A DNA stretch of 30,197 nucleotides from Candidatus Levyibacteriota bacterium (GTDB taxonomy: Bacteria > Patescibacteriota > Microgenomatia > Levybacterales > UBA12049): the NCBI GenBank assembly GCA_016182225.1, contig JACOXV010000018.1:1-30197 (forward strand), written 5' to 3'. A model generated the notes under the pieces. The model saw nothing but the letters and a program-made list of their open reading frames with translations, was not told the origin of the DNA and ran no database searches. The position numbers and the translations under genes were made by a program. Positions 9,074-18,138 of this stretch are shown piece after piece; the first letter of the stretch is position 1, and each line of letters opens with the position of its first letter.

Positions 9074-9118
9074 ATTTTAACATCGAAGAGTCCAAAAATA
9101 AAGTATTCATGCTATAAT
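9074..9118. promoter_or_regulatory. Divergent extended -10 promoters (pepA / tRNA-Leu)
   Basis: Minus TG-T-TAAAAT (9082-9074), 7 nt before the pepA ATG; plus TG-C-TATAAT (9110-9118), 11 nt before the tRNA. Confidence 0.65.
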
Positions 9119-9129
9119 TGTAGAGCTTG

Positions 9130-9212
9130 GGGCAAGTGGCGGAATGGTATACGCGGTAGTCTCAAAAACTACTGGTCGCAAGGCCGTGTGGGTTCGACTC
9201 CCACTTTGCCCA
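9130..9212 (+). tRNA. tRNA-Leu (anticodon CAA)
   Basis: Acceptor GGGCAAG/TTTGCCC, anticodon arm GTAGT-CTCAAAA-ACTAC, long variable arm, TTCGACT T-loop; followed by CCT, so CCA is not encoded. Confidence 0.97.
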
Positions 9213-9220
9213 CCTTAATT

Positions 9221-9835
9221 ATGACTGAACCAAAACCACCAGAATCAACAAATACAAATGTTAGCTGGAAAGATACATTTCTACTCGAACATCCACTTAG
9301 CAGACTACCAAACGATGAAGTAAGAGGTGCATTTTCAGTTATTTTAGAAAATGGTCAAGGCGTAAGGGACTACTACTCTGCTAGATACGATAAGGATGGT
9401 AAAGAGGTTGGAATTCCAGATGAAAAATTTGATGTGGGAATAGGAAAAGATCAGTTAGGAGACTCTCCTCGAAAGCAACTCATTCACGAAATTGGCAACA
9501 CTAGACTCCGAGCGGAATCTCTACGAACTGGTGTTCTCAAAAATTGGAGATATCAAGAAAGTCATTCAGAAGAATTTACAAAATTAAGTCAAATGAGCCG
9601 ATCAGAACTAATAAGAGAACTTGATGCGTCTATTGCTGGTCTTTACGAAGCAGCTAAGTCTAAAGAAAATCTAGACAGAAAAATCAGTCTTCCCTTTGGT
9701 AAGGAAACAACGGGACAAATTTCAATTTTTAGAGCTATGCAGCATAAAATTTTACATTTAGGAATTTTGATTGCTTCTTCGGATTGTATAGGTGATGTTG
9801 AAAGACCTGATTCTGTAAAAGAGATTTGGGGATAA
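9221..9835 (+). CDS. DinB/YfiT-like four-helix protein
   Basis: ATG 9221 (track start 9188 lies inside the tRNA); C-terminal QHKILHLGIL resembles the DinB-family H..H helix. Confidence 0.55.
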   Translation: MTEPKPPESTNTNVSWKDTFLLEHPLSRLPNDEVRGAFSVILENGQGVRDYYSARYDKDGKEVGIPDEKFDVGIGKDQLGDSPRKQLIHEIGNTRLRAESLRTGVLKNWRYQESHSEEFTKLSQMSRSELIRELDASIAGLYEAAKSKENLDRKISLPFGKETTGQISIFRAMQHKILHLGILIASSDCIGDVERPDSVKEIWG

Positions 9836-9837
9836 AA

Positions 9838-10269
9838 ATGAATATTAAAAAAATTAAGAAATATATTTTGCCTTTTGTTTTTATAATTTCTGCTTCGGCA
9901 ACCCTTGGAAGTCTATATTTTTCAGAAGTAATGAAGCTTCCCCCCTGCTCTCTTTGCTGGTATCAAAGAGCAATGATGTATCCGATTCCACTTGTTATGG
10001 TAGTTGGACTTTTTAGAAATGATAAAAATTCCGTATTCTTTGCACTCCCCCTTGCAATAGTTGGTCTAATAATAGCAACCTATCATAATCTTCTCTATTA
10101 TCACTTAATTCCAGAATCCGTACAGCCTTGTACTACAGGAATCTCCTGTACTATCAAACAAATAGAATGGTTTGGTTTTATTTCTATTCCCCTTTTATCC
10201 CTTACAGCTTTTGGAGTAATAATTGCATCTTTACTTCTCTACCATAAACTTTTCCTCAGAAAAAATTAA
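9838..10269 (+). CDS. dsbB: Disulfide bond formation protein B (BdbC/DsbB)
   Basis: PCSLCWYQR, second Cys pair PCTTGISC, 4 TMs. Confidence 0.93.
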   Translation: MNIKKIKKYILPFVFIISASATLGSLYFSEVMKLPPCSLCWYQRAMMYPIPLVMVVGLFRNDKNSVFFALPLAIVGLIIATYHNLLYYHLIPESVQPCTTGISCTIKQIEWFGFISIPLLSLTAFGVIIASLLLYHKLFLRKN

Positions 10270-10313
10270 ACTAACGGGATAAATCGTTAGTTTAATTTTG
10301 TTTCGAAACAAAA
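10262..10313. terminator. Bidirectional terminator-like inverted repeat plus overlapping palindrome
   Basis: Perfect 15-bp arms 10262-10276/10285-10299 between convergent genes; 18-bp palindrome TTTTGTTTCGAAACAAAA at 10296-10313. Confidence 0.7.
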
Positions 10314-10325
10314 ATTCAAAGAGAA

Positions 10326-10670
10326 TTAGACTGCTCCTTGACCTGTTCCCTGTCCTCCATTGTCATTTCCTGTATTAGGATCCCAAGAAGCTGGTTGTGC
10401 TGGAGCATCTCCACCCACTGGGGCCTCTGGCTCTGCAGCTGGTGCTTCAGGTTCTGGTTGCGTTGGAGGTGTCCAGGTTGGTTGACCTCCCCCTATGTCA
10501 CCGCCTGCTGGAGCTTCTGGCTCTGGCTGCGCTGGAGGTGGCGTAGTAACCCCAGGATCAGCAGCAGGTGGCGTTGTTGGCTGTTGCCAACCTTGATCAC
10601 CTGTTGGATTTTGACCTGCATTTGGATCAGCTTGTCCTCCTTGATTTTGCCAATCGTTTTGTCCGTCCAT
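10326..10670 (-). CDS. Low-complexity acidic Pro/Gln/Gly/Ala-rich disordered protein
   Basis: 114 aa; SD GGAGGTGA upstream; promoter-like TTGTTT-18-TAAAAT; A/T-rich third codon positions fit the host. Confidence 0.8.
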   Translation of the reverse strand: MDGQNDWQNQGGQADPNAGQNPTGDQGWQQPTTPPAADPGVTTPPPAQPEPEAPAGGDIGGGQPTWTPPTQPEPEAPAAEPEAPVGGDAPAQPASWDPNTGNDNGGQGTGQGAV

Positions 10671-10747
10671 TTTAATTAATCACCTCCCTCTATAACTTAA
10701 GTAATTTCTATTTTAACCGGATTATGTATATTAAAACAAGTCCTTTT

Positions 10748-12073
10748 CTATTCAGCTTCTTCTCTTTTTTTCTCTACATTGTAAAAACGAATTCTATCCC
10801 CACGAAACAGCAGGTCTATTTCTCCCATTGGCCCGTTTCTGTGCTTTGCTATAAGAAGTTTTGTTGGCATAATATTTGAGACTTCGGCATCAAGCCTATA
10901 AATAAACATAACTACGTCTGCATCCTGCTCAATAGCACCCGACTCGCGAAGATCTGCAAGCTGTGGCTTCCTCTCTCCTCTATGCTCTACAGCACGAGAA
11001 AGCTGAGAAACTGCAAGAACTGGAACTTTAAGCTCTCTAGCTAAATTTTTTAAGGCTTGGGAAACAATTGAAACCTCTTGTACTCTGTTATCATAATGTT
11101 TACCCGGATCTACTAATTGCAGGTAATCAACTATAAACAATGCCACATCTTTTTCCAGCTGAAGTCGGCGAGCCTTAGTTCTTATCTGCGAAACTGAAAT
11201 TCCAGGAGTATCATCTATATATATAGGTGCATCTGCTAGAAGTCCCATTGCTTCAGAAAGTTTTGCAAAATCAGCCTCAGATAATTTACCTGTTTTTAAC
11301 CTCCATGCATCAACATCTGCTTGACCTACTAAGAGCCTGTCAACTAACTCTTCCTGGCTCATTTCAAGTGAAAAAATACCAACAGATTTTTTTTCATTGA
11401 CAGCAATGTGCTGTGCCATATTAACGATCATTGCTGTTTTTCCCTGACCCGGGCGCGCTGCTAAAATAAGAAGGTTTGATGGCTGCATTCCGGAAAGCGT
11501 ATTATCCAAATCTGTAAAGCCTGTTTTCACTCCTCGGAGCCCCGCTCCTTTAGTGTGAAGATCATCAATTCTCTCAAAGCTTTCCGCAAGGCTTTCCTTA
11601 ATAGGAATGAATCCAGTCAGGGAATGTCCTTGTGAAATAGCAAAAACCGAAGCCTCTGCTTTATCAAGTAACTCTTCTGCCTCTTTTTCCTCGTCAAATC
11701 CCATCTCTGTTACTTCAGCTCCCAATCTAATAAGAGATCTCTTAACCGAGGTTTCTTTTATTAGCAAGGCATAATGTTCCACATTGGCAGCAGTAGGAAC
11801 TGCATTTACCAAGTCTGTTAGATAGGATTCGTCTATTTTTTCTTTTTTCTTTCCTTTGCTTAGAAAATCGGTAAGAGTAAGCACGTCAATTGGTTTACTC
11901 TTTTCATAAAGAGCAAACATTGCATCAAATACCTCTGCATTTTGATCATTATAAAAATCAGAGGGTTTAAGCAATTGAGTAACGATGCCTATTGCATCTT
12001 TATTTATAAGAATTGCTCCAAGGACACTTCTTTCGGCTTCTTCATTATGAGGAGGAACTTTTGAAACTGCCAT
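10748..12073 (-). CDS. dnaB: Replicative DNA helicase
   Basis: PPHNEEAERSVLG, Walker A ARPGQGKT, IVDYLQL, DLRESGAIEQDAD, KHRNGP; no intein. Confidence 0.98.
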   Translation of the reverse strand: MAVSKVPPHNEEAERSVLGAILINKDAIGIVTQLLKPSDFYNDQNAEVFDAMFALYEKSKPIDVLTLTDFLSKGKKKEKIDESYLTDLVNAVPTAANVEHYALLIKETSVKRSLIRLGAEVTEMGFDEEKEAEELLDKAEASVFAISQGHSLTGFIPIKESLAESFERIDDLHTKGAGLRGVKTGFTDLDNTLSGMQPSNLLILAARPGQGKTAMIVNMAQHIAVNEKKSVGIFSLEMSQEELVDRLLVGQADVDAWRLKTGKLSEADFAKLSEAMGLLADAPIYIDDTPGISVSQIRTKARRLQLEKDVALFIVDYLQLVDPGKHYDNRVQEVSIVSQALKNLARELKVPVLAVSQLSRAVEHRGERKPQLADLRESGAIEQDADVVMFIYRLDAEVSNIMPTKLLIAKHRNGPMGEIDLLFRGDRIRFYNVEKKREEAE

Positions 12074-12076
12074 TTT

Positions 12077-12589
12077 CTATCCAAGATTTATTACTTCCAT
12101 TTCTTCAGGAAGTTTTTCTAGATTAGTCGAATATTTAGAAACAGAAGAAGAAGTTTTACCGAGCTTTTTTAAAAGATCTTCTTTTCCCTCTCCGTAAAAA
12201 ATTAACACCCGTGGTTCTATCTTAGTTAGTAAAGAATCGTTTTGCTCATCAACATCAAGTATGACAACTTCTACTTCAGGGATCTTATCAATGATTTTAG
12301 CGACTGCACTAATTTTTCCAACCAACACTTTTACACCATCAACATCAAAAGAAAAAACGTTTTCTCCCTCAACCCGAAGTCCTGTAACCTTTATTCCGCC
12401 TACTTCATATTCCCCAGGTCCTTTTATTGATACCCTTGCTCCTTCAACCTTATAATTTGGGCTCTTTTCACTTAAAAAAACAGTAGCGTCCGCTTCTGTT
12501 TTGGACATAGAAGATGTGGGATTAATCACCAAAGTTGAATGCTTACTCTTAACCTTAAGTGTTTCTTTATCAAGTAGTTGAATGTCCAT
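12077..12589 (-). CDS. Truncated metallo-beta-lactamase-fold-like protein lacking metal ligands
   Basis: GPGEYEVGGIKVTG pattern of Lactamase_B_3-like proteins; no HxHxDH. Confidence 0.6.
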   Translation of the reverse strand: MDIQLLDKETLKVKSKHSTLVINPTSSMSKTEADATVFLSEKSPNYKVEGARVSIKGPGEYEVGGIKVTGLRVEGENVFSFDVDGVKVLVGKISAVAKIIDKIPEVEVVILDVDEQNDSLLTKIEPRVLIFYGEGKEDLLKKLGKTSSSVSKYSTNLEKLPEEMEVINLG

Positions 12590-12598
12590 TGTTGGTAA

Positions 12599-12649
12599 AT
12601 CCTATCAACTTTTACTTTTCTTGACAAGGGGATGTTTTTCTCCTATCAT
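12599..12649. promoter_or_regulatory. Divergent promoters with overlapping -35 hexamers
   Basis: Plus TTGACA (12621-26), 17 nt, TATCAT (12644-49); minus TTGTCA (12627-22), 17 nt, TAGGAT (12604-12599) with extended TG. Confidence 0.75.
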
Positions 12650-12686
12650 GAACACTACTTTTGAGGCAGGTTTTAGCACATATAAT

Positions 12687-13112
12687 ATGAAAAGAGAAAA
12701 AATAATCCTTTCTTTTCTTGCAGCCCTTATAGGACTTATTGTTGCAATTGGAGGTTTTTATCTTTATCAGTCAACAAAAGTAATTTCAAGGGAAGAAATA
12801 AAACCTCTCACAAAAGATTCCCCTACCCCTACGCCTTCGTCATCATTTTTTCTTTCAGTAGATCGTCCCAGAAATGAAGAAGTATTTGATAAAAAAGTTA
12901 TAACAATATCCGGCAAGACCACTCCGAAAGCTAAAATCTTAATTTATACTGCAACAAATGAGGAATCTGCTACGCCCGCCAAGGATGGGTCGTTTTCCAC
13001 AACAATGAGCATTGATGATGGGCAGAATGTGATAGCAATTACAGCGATATCCGAAACGGGTGAAGAACAAACTTTACAAAGAGTTGTAACATATAGTACG
13101 GAGACATTTTAA
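12687..13112 (+). CDS. Single-TM protein with C-terminal Ig-like domain
   Basis: Likely ATG 12687, downstream of the promoter; TM, S/P/T linker, ITISGKT...DGSFST...DGQNVIAITA beta-sandwich pattern. Confidence 0.75.
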   Translation: MKREKIILSFLAALIGLIVAIGGFYLYQSTKVISREEIKPLTKDSPTPTPSSSFFLSVDRPRNEEVFDKKVITISGKTTPKAKILIYTATNEESATPAKDGSFSTTMSIDDGQNVIAITAISETGEEQTLQRVVTYSTETF

Positions 13113-13114
13113 AA

Positions 13115-13882
13115 ATGGAAAAAATAAAAATATTTCTAATTCTTACTGCTTTTCTTTTTATTGTTCCTTCATCATTTGCTCAAACACCAACGACGGAAAA
13201 AGACACTACGGAAAACAAAATAGAAGAAAAAATTGATGAACTCAAAAATAGAGTTGCTTCAAAAGTAGCAGAGTTAAACTTAGTAGAAAAAAGAGGGATG
13301 ATTGGTAAAGTCACTGATGTGTCGGGAACAAGAATTTCTATCCTCGACATAGATGGAAATTTACGCTTTATAGATGTCGACGAATTTACGGAATTTAGTG
13401 GAGAAAGCGGCAAAGAACTCGGGCTTTCGGATCTTAAAGATGGGGTAGAAATTGGGGCACTTGGACTTTACAACAAAGAATCCCGAAAACTACTCGGAAG
13501 ATTTATAGAAGTCTTAAGTCTTCCAACACAAATAGTAGGGGGAATATCAAATATCGATGAAAAAAACTTTTCCGTTTCGGTAATTACGGAAGATCAAAAG
13601 GAATATACAGTGGACATAGAAACAATTACAAAGACTTTTCTTATAACCTCAGACAGTGAATTAGAAAGGTCAGGATTTTCAAAATTAAGCCCAAGAGAAA
13701 ACGTAATTGTAGTTGGCTTTGCCGACCCTGAAAAAAAAGATAGACTAACAGCTTCCAAAATTTTTCATTTTGAAGGTATTCCGTTAAATCCGAGAATTCC
13801 AATAGTAGAAGAAATCGTTCCTTCGGATCCTACTATAATTCCTTCCACCGGAAGCGGTAAAAAACTTACACCTCTAAGATAA
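13115..13882 (+). CDS. Secreted protein with two OB-like beta repeats (tentatively DUF5666-like)
   Basis: Signal peptide ending SFA|Q, coiled segment, two similar repeats (G.V..V....I.I...DG....IDVD..T; LS.L.....I...G). Confidence 0.65.
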   Translation: MEKIKIFLILTAFLFIVPSSFAQTPTTEKDTTENKIEEKIDELKNRVASKVAELNLVEKRGMIGKVTDVSGTRISILDIDGNLRFIDVDEFTEFSGESGKELGLSDLKDGVEIGALGLYNKESRKLLGRFIEVLSLPTQIVGGISNIDEKNFSVSVITEDQKEYTVDIETITKTFLITSDSELERSGFSKLSPRENVIVVGFADPEKKDRLTASKIFHFEGIPLNPRIPIVEEIVPSDPTIIPSTGSGKKLTPLR

Positions 13883-13887
13883 TAACA

Positions 13888-15003
13888 GTGAATAAAAAAA
13901 CTTCTAAATATAAAAAGGAATTTGTCCAAAAAAGACTGAATTTTTTACTTGGACAATCTAAGAACTTAGATGCAATATTGGTGTCTTCAGTCTCTGATAT
14001 TACATATTTATCTGAAAATTTCAGGTTTTCGGATACTGAAAGAGAAGCTTTCCTATTATTCACTAAAAACCAAAATTACTTCATAACTGACAAGAGATAT
14101 TCTGAGGCTGTATCTAAAAAAATTCAAGATTTTATCCTTATTAACTCAGGAGCGCATCTTTTTCTTAAAAAAGAGGCTAAGGAAATATTTGAAAAAAATA
14201 AAATAAAAAGTCTGGGAATTGAAGTAAATAATGTTACTGTTTATGAACATCTTCTGCTTCGGAAATTCACAAAAGTTAAACCATTTGACTTATCCAATCT
14301 AAGGATTATAAAACAAAGGAATGAGATTAGAAATATAAAAAAAGCGTGTAGGATTGGAGATAAAACATTTGAGCATATCTTAAAACAACTTAAAACTGGA
14401 ATTCGAGAAAAAGAAATAGAAGACGCTATTGAAAGTTTCATTAAAAAGAGAAATGCAGATATTTCTTTTAAACCGGTCGTTGCTTTTGGAAAAAATTCTT
14501 CTGTTCCCCATCATCATTCTGGTCAAACTAAATTAACTAAAAATATGATTGTTCTTCTCGATTTTGGAGTAAAAGTAAACAATTACTGCTCTGACATGAC
14601 ACGAACTGTTTTCTTTGGCACCGCCTCTGAAAAGTTTAGAAAAATTTATCAAACAGTTTTAGAGGCTCAAAAAAAATCCATTGATCACGCTAAATCCTCA
14701 CTCCAAAAAAGAAAAATTATAAAAGGCAGAAACCTTGATAATAAAGCACGAGGATATATTATTGCGAAAGGTTTCCCCACTATTCCTCATTCCGTCGGGC
14801 ATGGTATTGGGATAGAAGTTCATGAATCTCCTCACCTTTCACCAAATTCAAAAGATATAATAAAACCGGGTATGGTTTTTTCAATTGAACCCGGAATATA
14901 CATACCTAATTTTGGCGGGGTCAGAATAGAAGATTTATTTTTTATTGATAACAATAGGATAGAAGTTCTTACCCATTCCACTAAACAATTAATTGAGTTA
15001 TAA
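13888..15003 (+). CDS. Xaa-Pro aminopeptidase (M24B)
   Basis: LLDFG, SDMTRT, HSVGHGIGIEVHE, SIEPGIY, GVRIED; GTG start. Confidence 0.95.
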   Translation: MNKKTSKYKKEFVQKRLNFLLGQSKNLDAILVSSVSDITYLSENFRFSDTEREAFLLFTKNQNYFITDKRYSEAVSKKIQDFILINSGAHLFLKKEAKEIFEKNKIKSLGIEVNNVTVYEHLLLRKFTKVKPFDLSNLRIIKQRNEIRNIKKACRIGDKTFEHILKQLKTGIREKEIEDAIESFIKKRNADISFKPVVAFGKNSSVPHHHSGQTKLTKNMIVLLDFGVKVNNYCSDMTRTVFFGTASEKFRKIYQTVLEAQKKSIDHAKSSLQKRKIIKGRNLDNKARGYIIAKGFPTIPHSVGHGIGIEVHESPHLSPNSKDIIKPGMVFSIEPGIYIPNFGGVRIEDLFFIDNNRIEVLTHSTKQLIEL

Positions 15004-16030
15004 TTTTTATATGCTAAACGAATTTAAAAAGTTTGCTTCTTTTAGGCTTCTGACTATTCTTCTCACCGTTGCTGTGTCAATATACTTATTTGAAATCGCA
15101 TTCTCTTATATTCGTGAATTTTCTGACATCATATTGATTTTTCTTTTTGCATGGATGTTGAGTTTTATTCTCGAGCCTTTAGTCGATATTTTAGTTTCTT
15201 TTACCAAAATTCCCAAACTGATTGTTACTTCCCTTGTGTTTCTGTTTTTTTCTCTAATAATAGTCGGCTCAATTATCCTACTGATTCCTATAATGGTTTC
15301 CCAATTTAAGTCCTTATCTCTAGTTTTGCCTGATTTTCTGGATACTGCCCCCGCAATCCTGAAAAATTCTACTAACACCATGCTTAAATCTCTAGATAAG
15401 ATTACAGATTTAACTCATCTTATTCCGCCCATTGCTCAATTTATATTAAATTTTGTTACTGTCCTGATATTGGCATTTTATTTAATCGTGGAAAAAGAAA
15501 AAATAAACAAAGAAATTCTCAACATTACCCCGAAATCATGGCATCAAAATGTTAAATTTGTCCAAAGAGTTATAGACCAAACATTTGCTTCATTTCTGAG
15601 AGTCCAGCTTATATGGGGTATTCTGGGAGGAGTAATAACTTTTATTGTCCTGACAATATTTGGAATAGATTATGCAATCTCAGCATCATTTATGGCAGGA
15701 ATTTTAACTGCCATCCCAATAATCGGCCCTCTAATAGGAGTAGTCCCTCCTGCAACAGTAACGCTTATTGACAGTCCTACCTCCGCTCTTTTGATTATTG
15801 CAATTCTTTTAATTATTCAGCAAATTACCTTTAATTTTCTCGGGGCAAAAATAATGGGAAATGCCTTTAAGATAAGCCCAATAATAGTTCTCTTTTCTCT
15901 TCTGATTGGCCTAAAAATCGCCGGCGGCGTAGGCGGAATATTTGCAGTTCCCATCGTTAGCATAACTATTGTTATTGGCCGCGAATTCTACAATTATTAT
16001 CTAAAACACGAAAAAAATCTCGAAATTTGA
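14993..16030 (+). CDS. AI-2E family transporter
   Basis: About 8 TMs, IPIIGPLIG and P..VLFSLLIG..IAG..G.IFAVP motifs. Confidence 0.9.
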   Translation: MSYNFYMLNEFKKFASFRLLTILLTVAVSIYLFEIAFSYIREFSDIILIFLFAWMLSFILEPLVDILVSFTKIPKLIVTSLVFLFFSLIIVGSIILLIPIMVSQFKSLSLVLPDFLDTAPAILKNSTNTMLKSLDKITDLTHLIPPIAQFILNFVTVLILAFYLIVEKEKINKEILNITPKSWHQNVKFVQRVIDQTFASFLRVQLIWGILGGVITFIVLTIFGIDYAISASFMAGILTAIPIIGPLIGVVPPATVTLIDSPTSALLIIAILLIIQQITFNFLGAKIMGNAFKISPIIVLFSLLIGLKIAGGVGGIFAVPIVSITIVIGREFYNYYLKHEKNLEI

Positions 16031-17226
16031 TATCATCTATGGATATGAATCAGGCACAAACCCTAAAGGGATTTAGGGATTTTCTTCCAAACGTTGCAAG
16101 AAAAAGAGAGTATATATTAAACACCTTGAAAAAGGTGTTTATATCTTACGGCTTTGAACCTCTAGAAACACCCACACTCGAATACGAAGAAATTCTTACC
16201 GGCAAATATGGAGATGAAGGAGATAAGCTTATGTATCGGTTTGTGGACAATGGGGGAAGGAAAGTAGCAATGCGCTATGATCAAACTGTTCCCCTTGCCA
16301 GAGTTGTTGCGCAGTATGCCAACGATCTTCCCCTTCCCTTTAAGCGCTATCAAATTCAAAATGTTTTCAGAGCCGAGAATACCCAAAAAGGCCGCTACAG
16401 AGAATTCCTTCAAGTAGATATAGATACAGTCGGCTCGCAGTCTCCCCTTGCCGATGCTGAAATAATTCAAATAATTTTGAAATGTTATGAATCTTTAGGT
16501 TTTAAAAAAATAAAAATGTTAATTAACGACAGACGAAACTTCGACGGAATTTCAAATTCTGCAATCGTTTCTATAGATAAGCTTAAAAAAATTGGCCCCG
16601 ATGGTGTAGCAAATGAATTGGTTGAAAAAGGATATAACGATAATGACGCCAGAAAACTATTAGACAGCCTCATCAAGGCTCCTCCTTCCGGAAAAGTCGC
16701 TGAGGTTATTGATTTGGTCACAAACGCAGGTTTTGATAAATCAAAAATTGAATTTAGTCCCACTTTGGCTCGCGGACTTGACTACTACACTGGTCTGATA
16801 TTTGAGGTTGAGGCAGAAGACTATCCTTATGGTTCTTTGGGCGGCGGAGGAAGATATGATAACTTGCTAGGAATTTTTTCGGGAAAGGAAATTCCTGCAG
16901 TTGGATTTGCTGTCGGATTTGATAGAACATATGAGGCAATGGAAGAATTAGGACTATTCCCAACTGATTTAATAAAAACGCAAGCTTTGGTAACAAATAC
17001 AAATCCCGCTGCATCGGAAATTGCTAATCAATTAAGAAATAAAGGATTTCTAGTAGAACTTTATGTTGACGATAAAGATCTTGAAAAACAGCTTAAATAC
17101 GCAGACAAAAAAGGAATTCCATATGTATTAATTTTTAAAGATGGCAAGATTTTTCTCAAAGACATGAAAAGCGGAAACCAAAAAGAAGTGAGTGAAGGCT
17201 CTCTGCCCGATGAACTCCGAAGGTAA
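16027..17226 (+). CDS. hisS: Histidine--tRNA ligase
   Basis: LKGFRDFLP, MRYDQTVPLAR, GRYREFLQVDID, ARGLDYYTG, GGGRYD; true start probably ATG 16039 or 16045. Confidence 0.97.
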   Translation: MISSMDMNQAQTLKGFRDFLPNVARKREYILNTLKKVFISYGFEPLETPTLEYEEILTGKYGDEGDKLMYRFVDNGGRKVAMRYDQTVPLARVVAQYANDLPLPFKRYQIQNVFRAENTQKGRYREFLQVDIDTVGSQSPLADAEIIQIILKCYESLGFKKIKMLINDRRNFDGISNSAIVSIDKLKKIGPDGVANELVEKGYNDNDARKLLDSLIKAPPSGKVAEVIDLVTNAGFDKSKIEFSPTLARGLDYYTGLIFEVEAEDYPYGSLGGGGRYDNLLGIFSGKEIPAVGFAVGFDRTYEAMEELGLFPTDLIKTQALVTNTNPAASEIANQLRNKGFLVELYVDDKDLEKQLKYADKKGIPYVLIFKDGKIFLKDMKSGNQKEVSEGSLPDELRR

Positions 17227-18118
17227 AATACGATTAGCAATTTTAGCGCTTATTCTCGCCAATGTTATTTGGGGAGCAGCGTTTCCTATTTACAAGTGGA
17301 CTCTTGATATAATTCCTCCATTTACTTTTTCATTTCTTAGATTTTTTCTTGGAGCATTTATCCTCCTTCCTTTTGTATGGAACAGACTAAATATAGAAAA
17401 ACAGGATATCTTAAGACTTATATTTCTTTCATTCGTTTCCGTAACTGTTCTAATACCATTGTTATTGGTTGGACTTACTCTAACTCCTAGCATAAACGCA
17501 CCAATTATTGTCTCCTCTGGACCAATTTTTTTAATTGTTGCATCTATTTTATTTCTTAAAGAAAAGGTCAGACCTAAAATTTTACTAGGAACGGTCATAA
17601 GCCTTGCTGGAGTTCTCCTTATAATTCTTCGGCCAATAATAGAGGCAGGATTTTCTGGAGGTATTTTAGGGAATCTTTTTATTTTTTTAGCCACTCTCTG
17701 TAGCGTAATTCAGGCTATACTCCTTAAAAAACTAACCGTTAAAAATGACCCCCTCGCCATAACATTTTGGATGTTTGTGATAGGATCTCTTCCGCTTATA
17801 CCAGCAGTCCTTTGGGAATCTCAAAATTTCAACTTTGGCCTCTTAAATACTCAGGGAATTATAGGACTTTCCTATGGAGTAATTTTGGCATCTGCATTTG
17901 CTCACTTTTTACTTGCTTATGGAATTAAATACATAAAAGCATCTGAGGTAGGAATTTTTACTTATGTAGATCCTATAGCAACTGTTGTAATTGCTGTCCC
18001 TCTCTTAAGCGAAGTTATCACCCCAGTCTACCTTGTGGCATCTTTCTTGGTCTTTGCGGGAATTTTTGTTGCTGAAGGTCGCATCCACTATCACCCATTC
18101 CAAAAACTTAGAGCATAA
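17192..18118 (+). CDS. DMT/EamA family transporter
   Basis: About 10 TMs in two EamA repeats, IWGAAF; start may be 17210. Confidence 0.92.
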   Translation: MKALCPMNSEGKIRLAILALILANVIWGAAFPIYKWTLDIIPPFTFSFLRFFLGAFILLPFVWNRLNIEKQDILRLIFLSFVSVTVLIPLLLVGLTLTPSINAPIIVSSGPIFLIVASILFLKEKVRPKILLGTVISLAGVLLIILRPIIEAGFSGGILGNLFIFLATLCSVIQAILLKKLTVKNDPLAITFWMFVIGSLPLIPAVLWESQNFNFGLLNTQGIIGLSYGVILASAFAHFLLAYGIKYIKASEVGIFTYVDPIATVVIAVPLLSEVITPVYLVASFLVFAGIFVAEGRIHYHPFQKLRA

Positions 18119-18138
18119 TATTGTATAATATCTTTTTC

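Noticed and set aside
9190-10330. Integrative element at the tRNA-Leu 3' end
   Set aside because: No duplicated tRNA 3' fragment and no integrase found in the window.
10748-12073. Intein in DnaB
   Set aside because: 441 aa is the normal length and all helicase motifs are contiguous.
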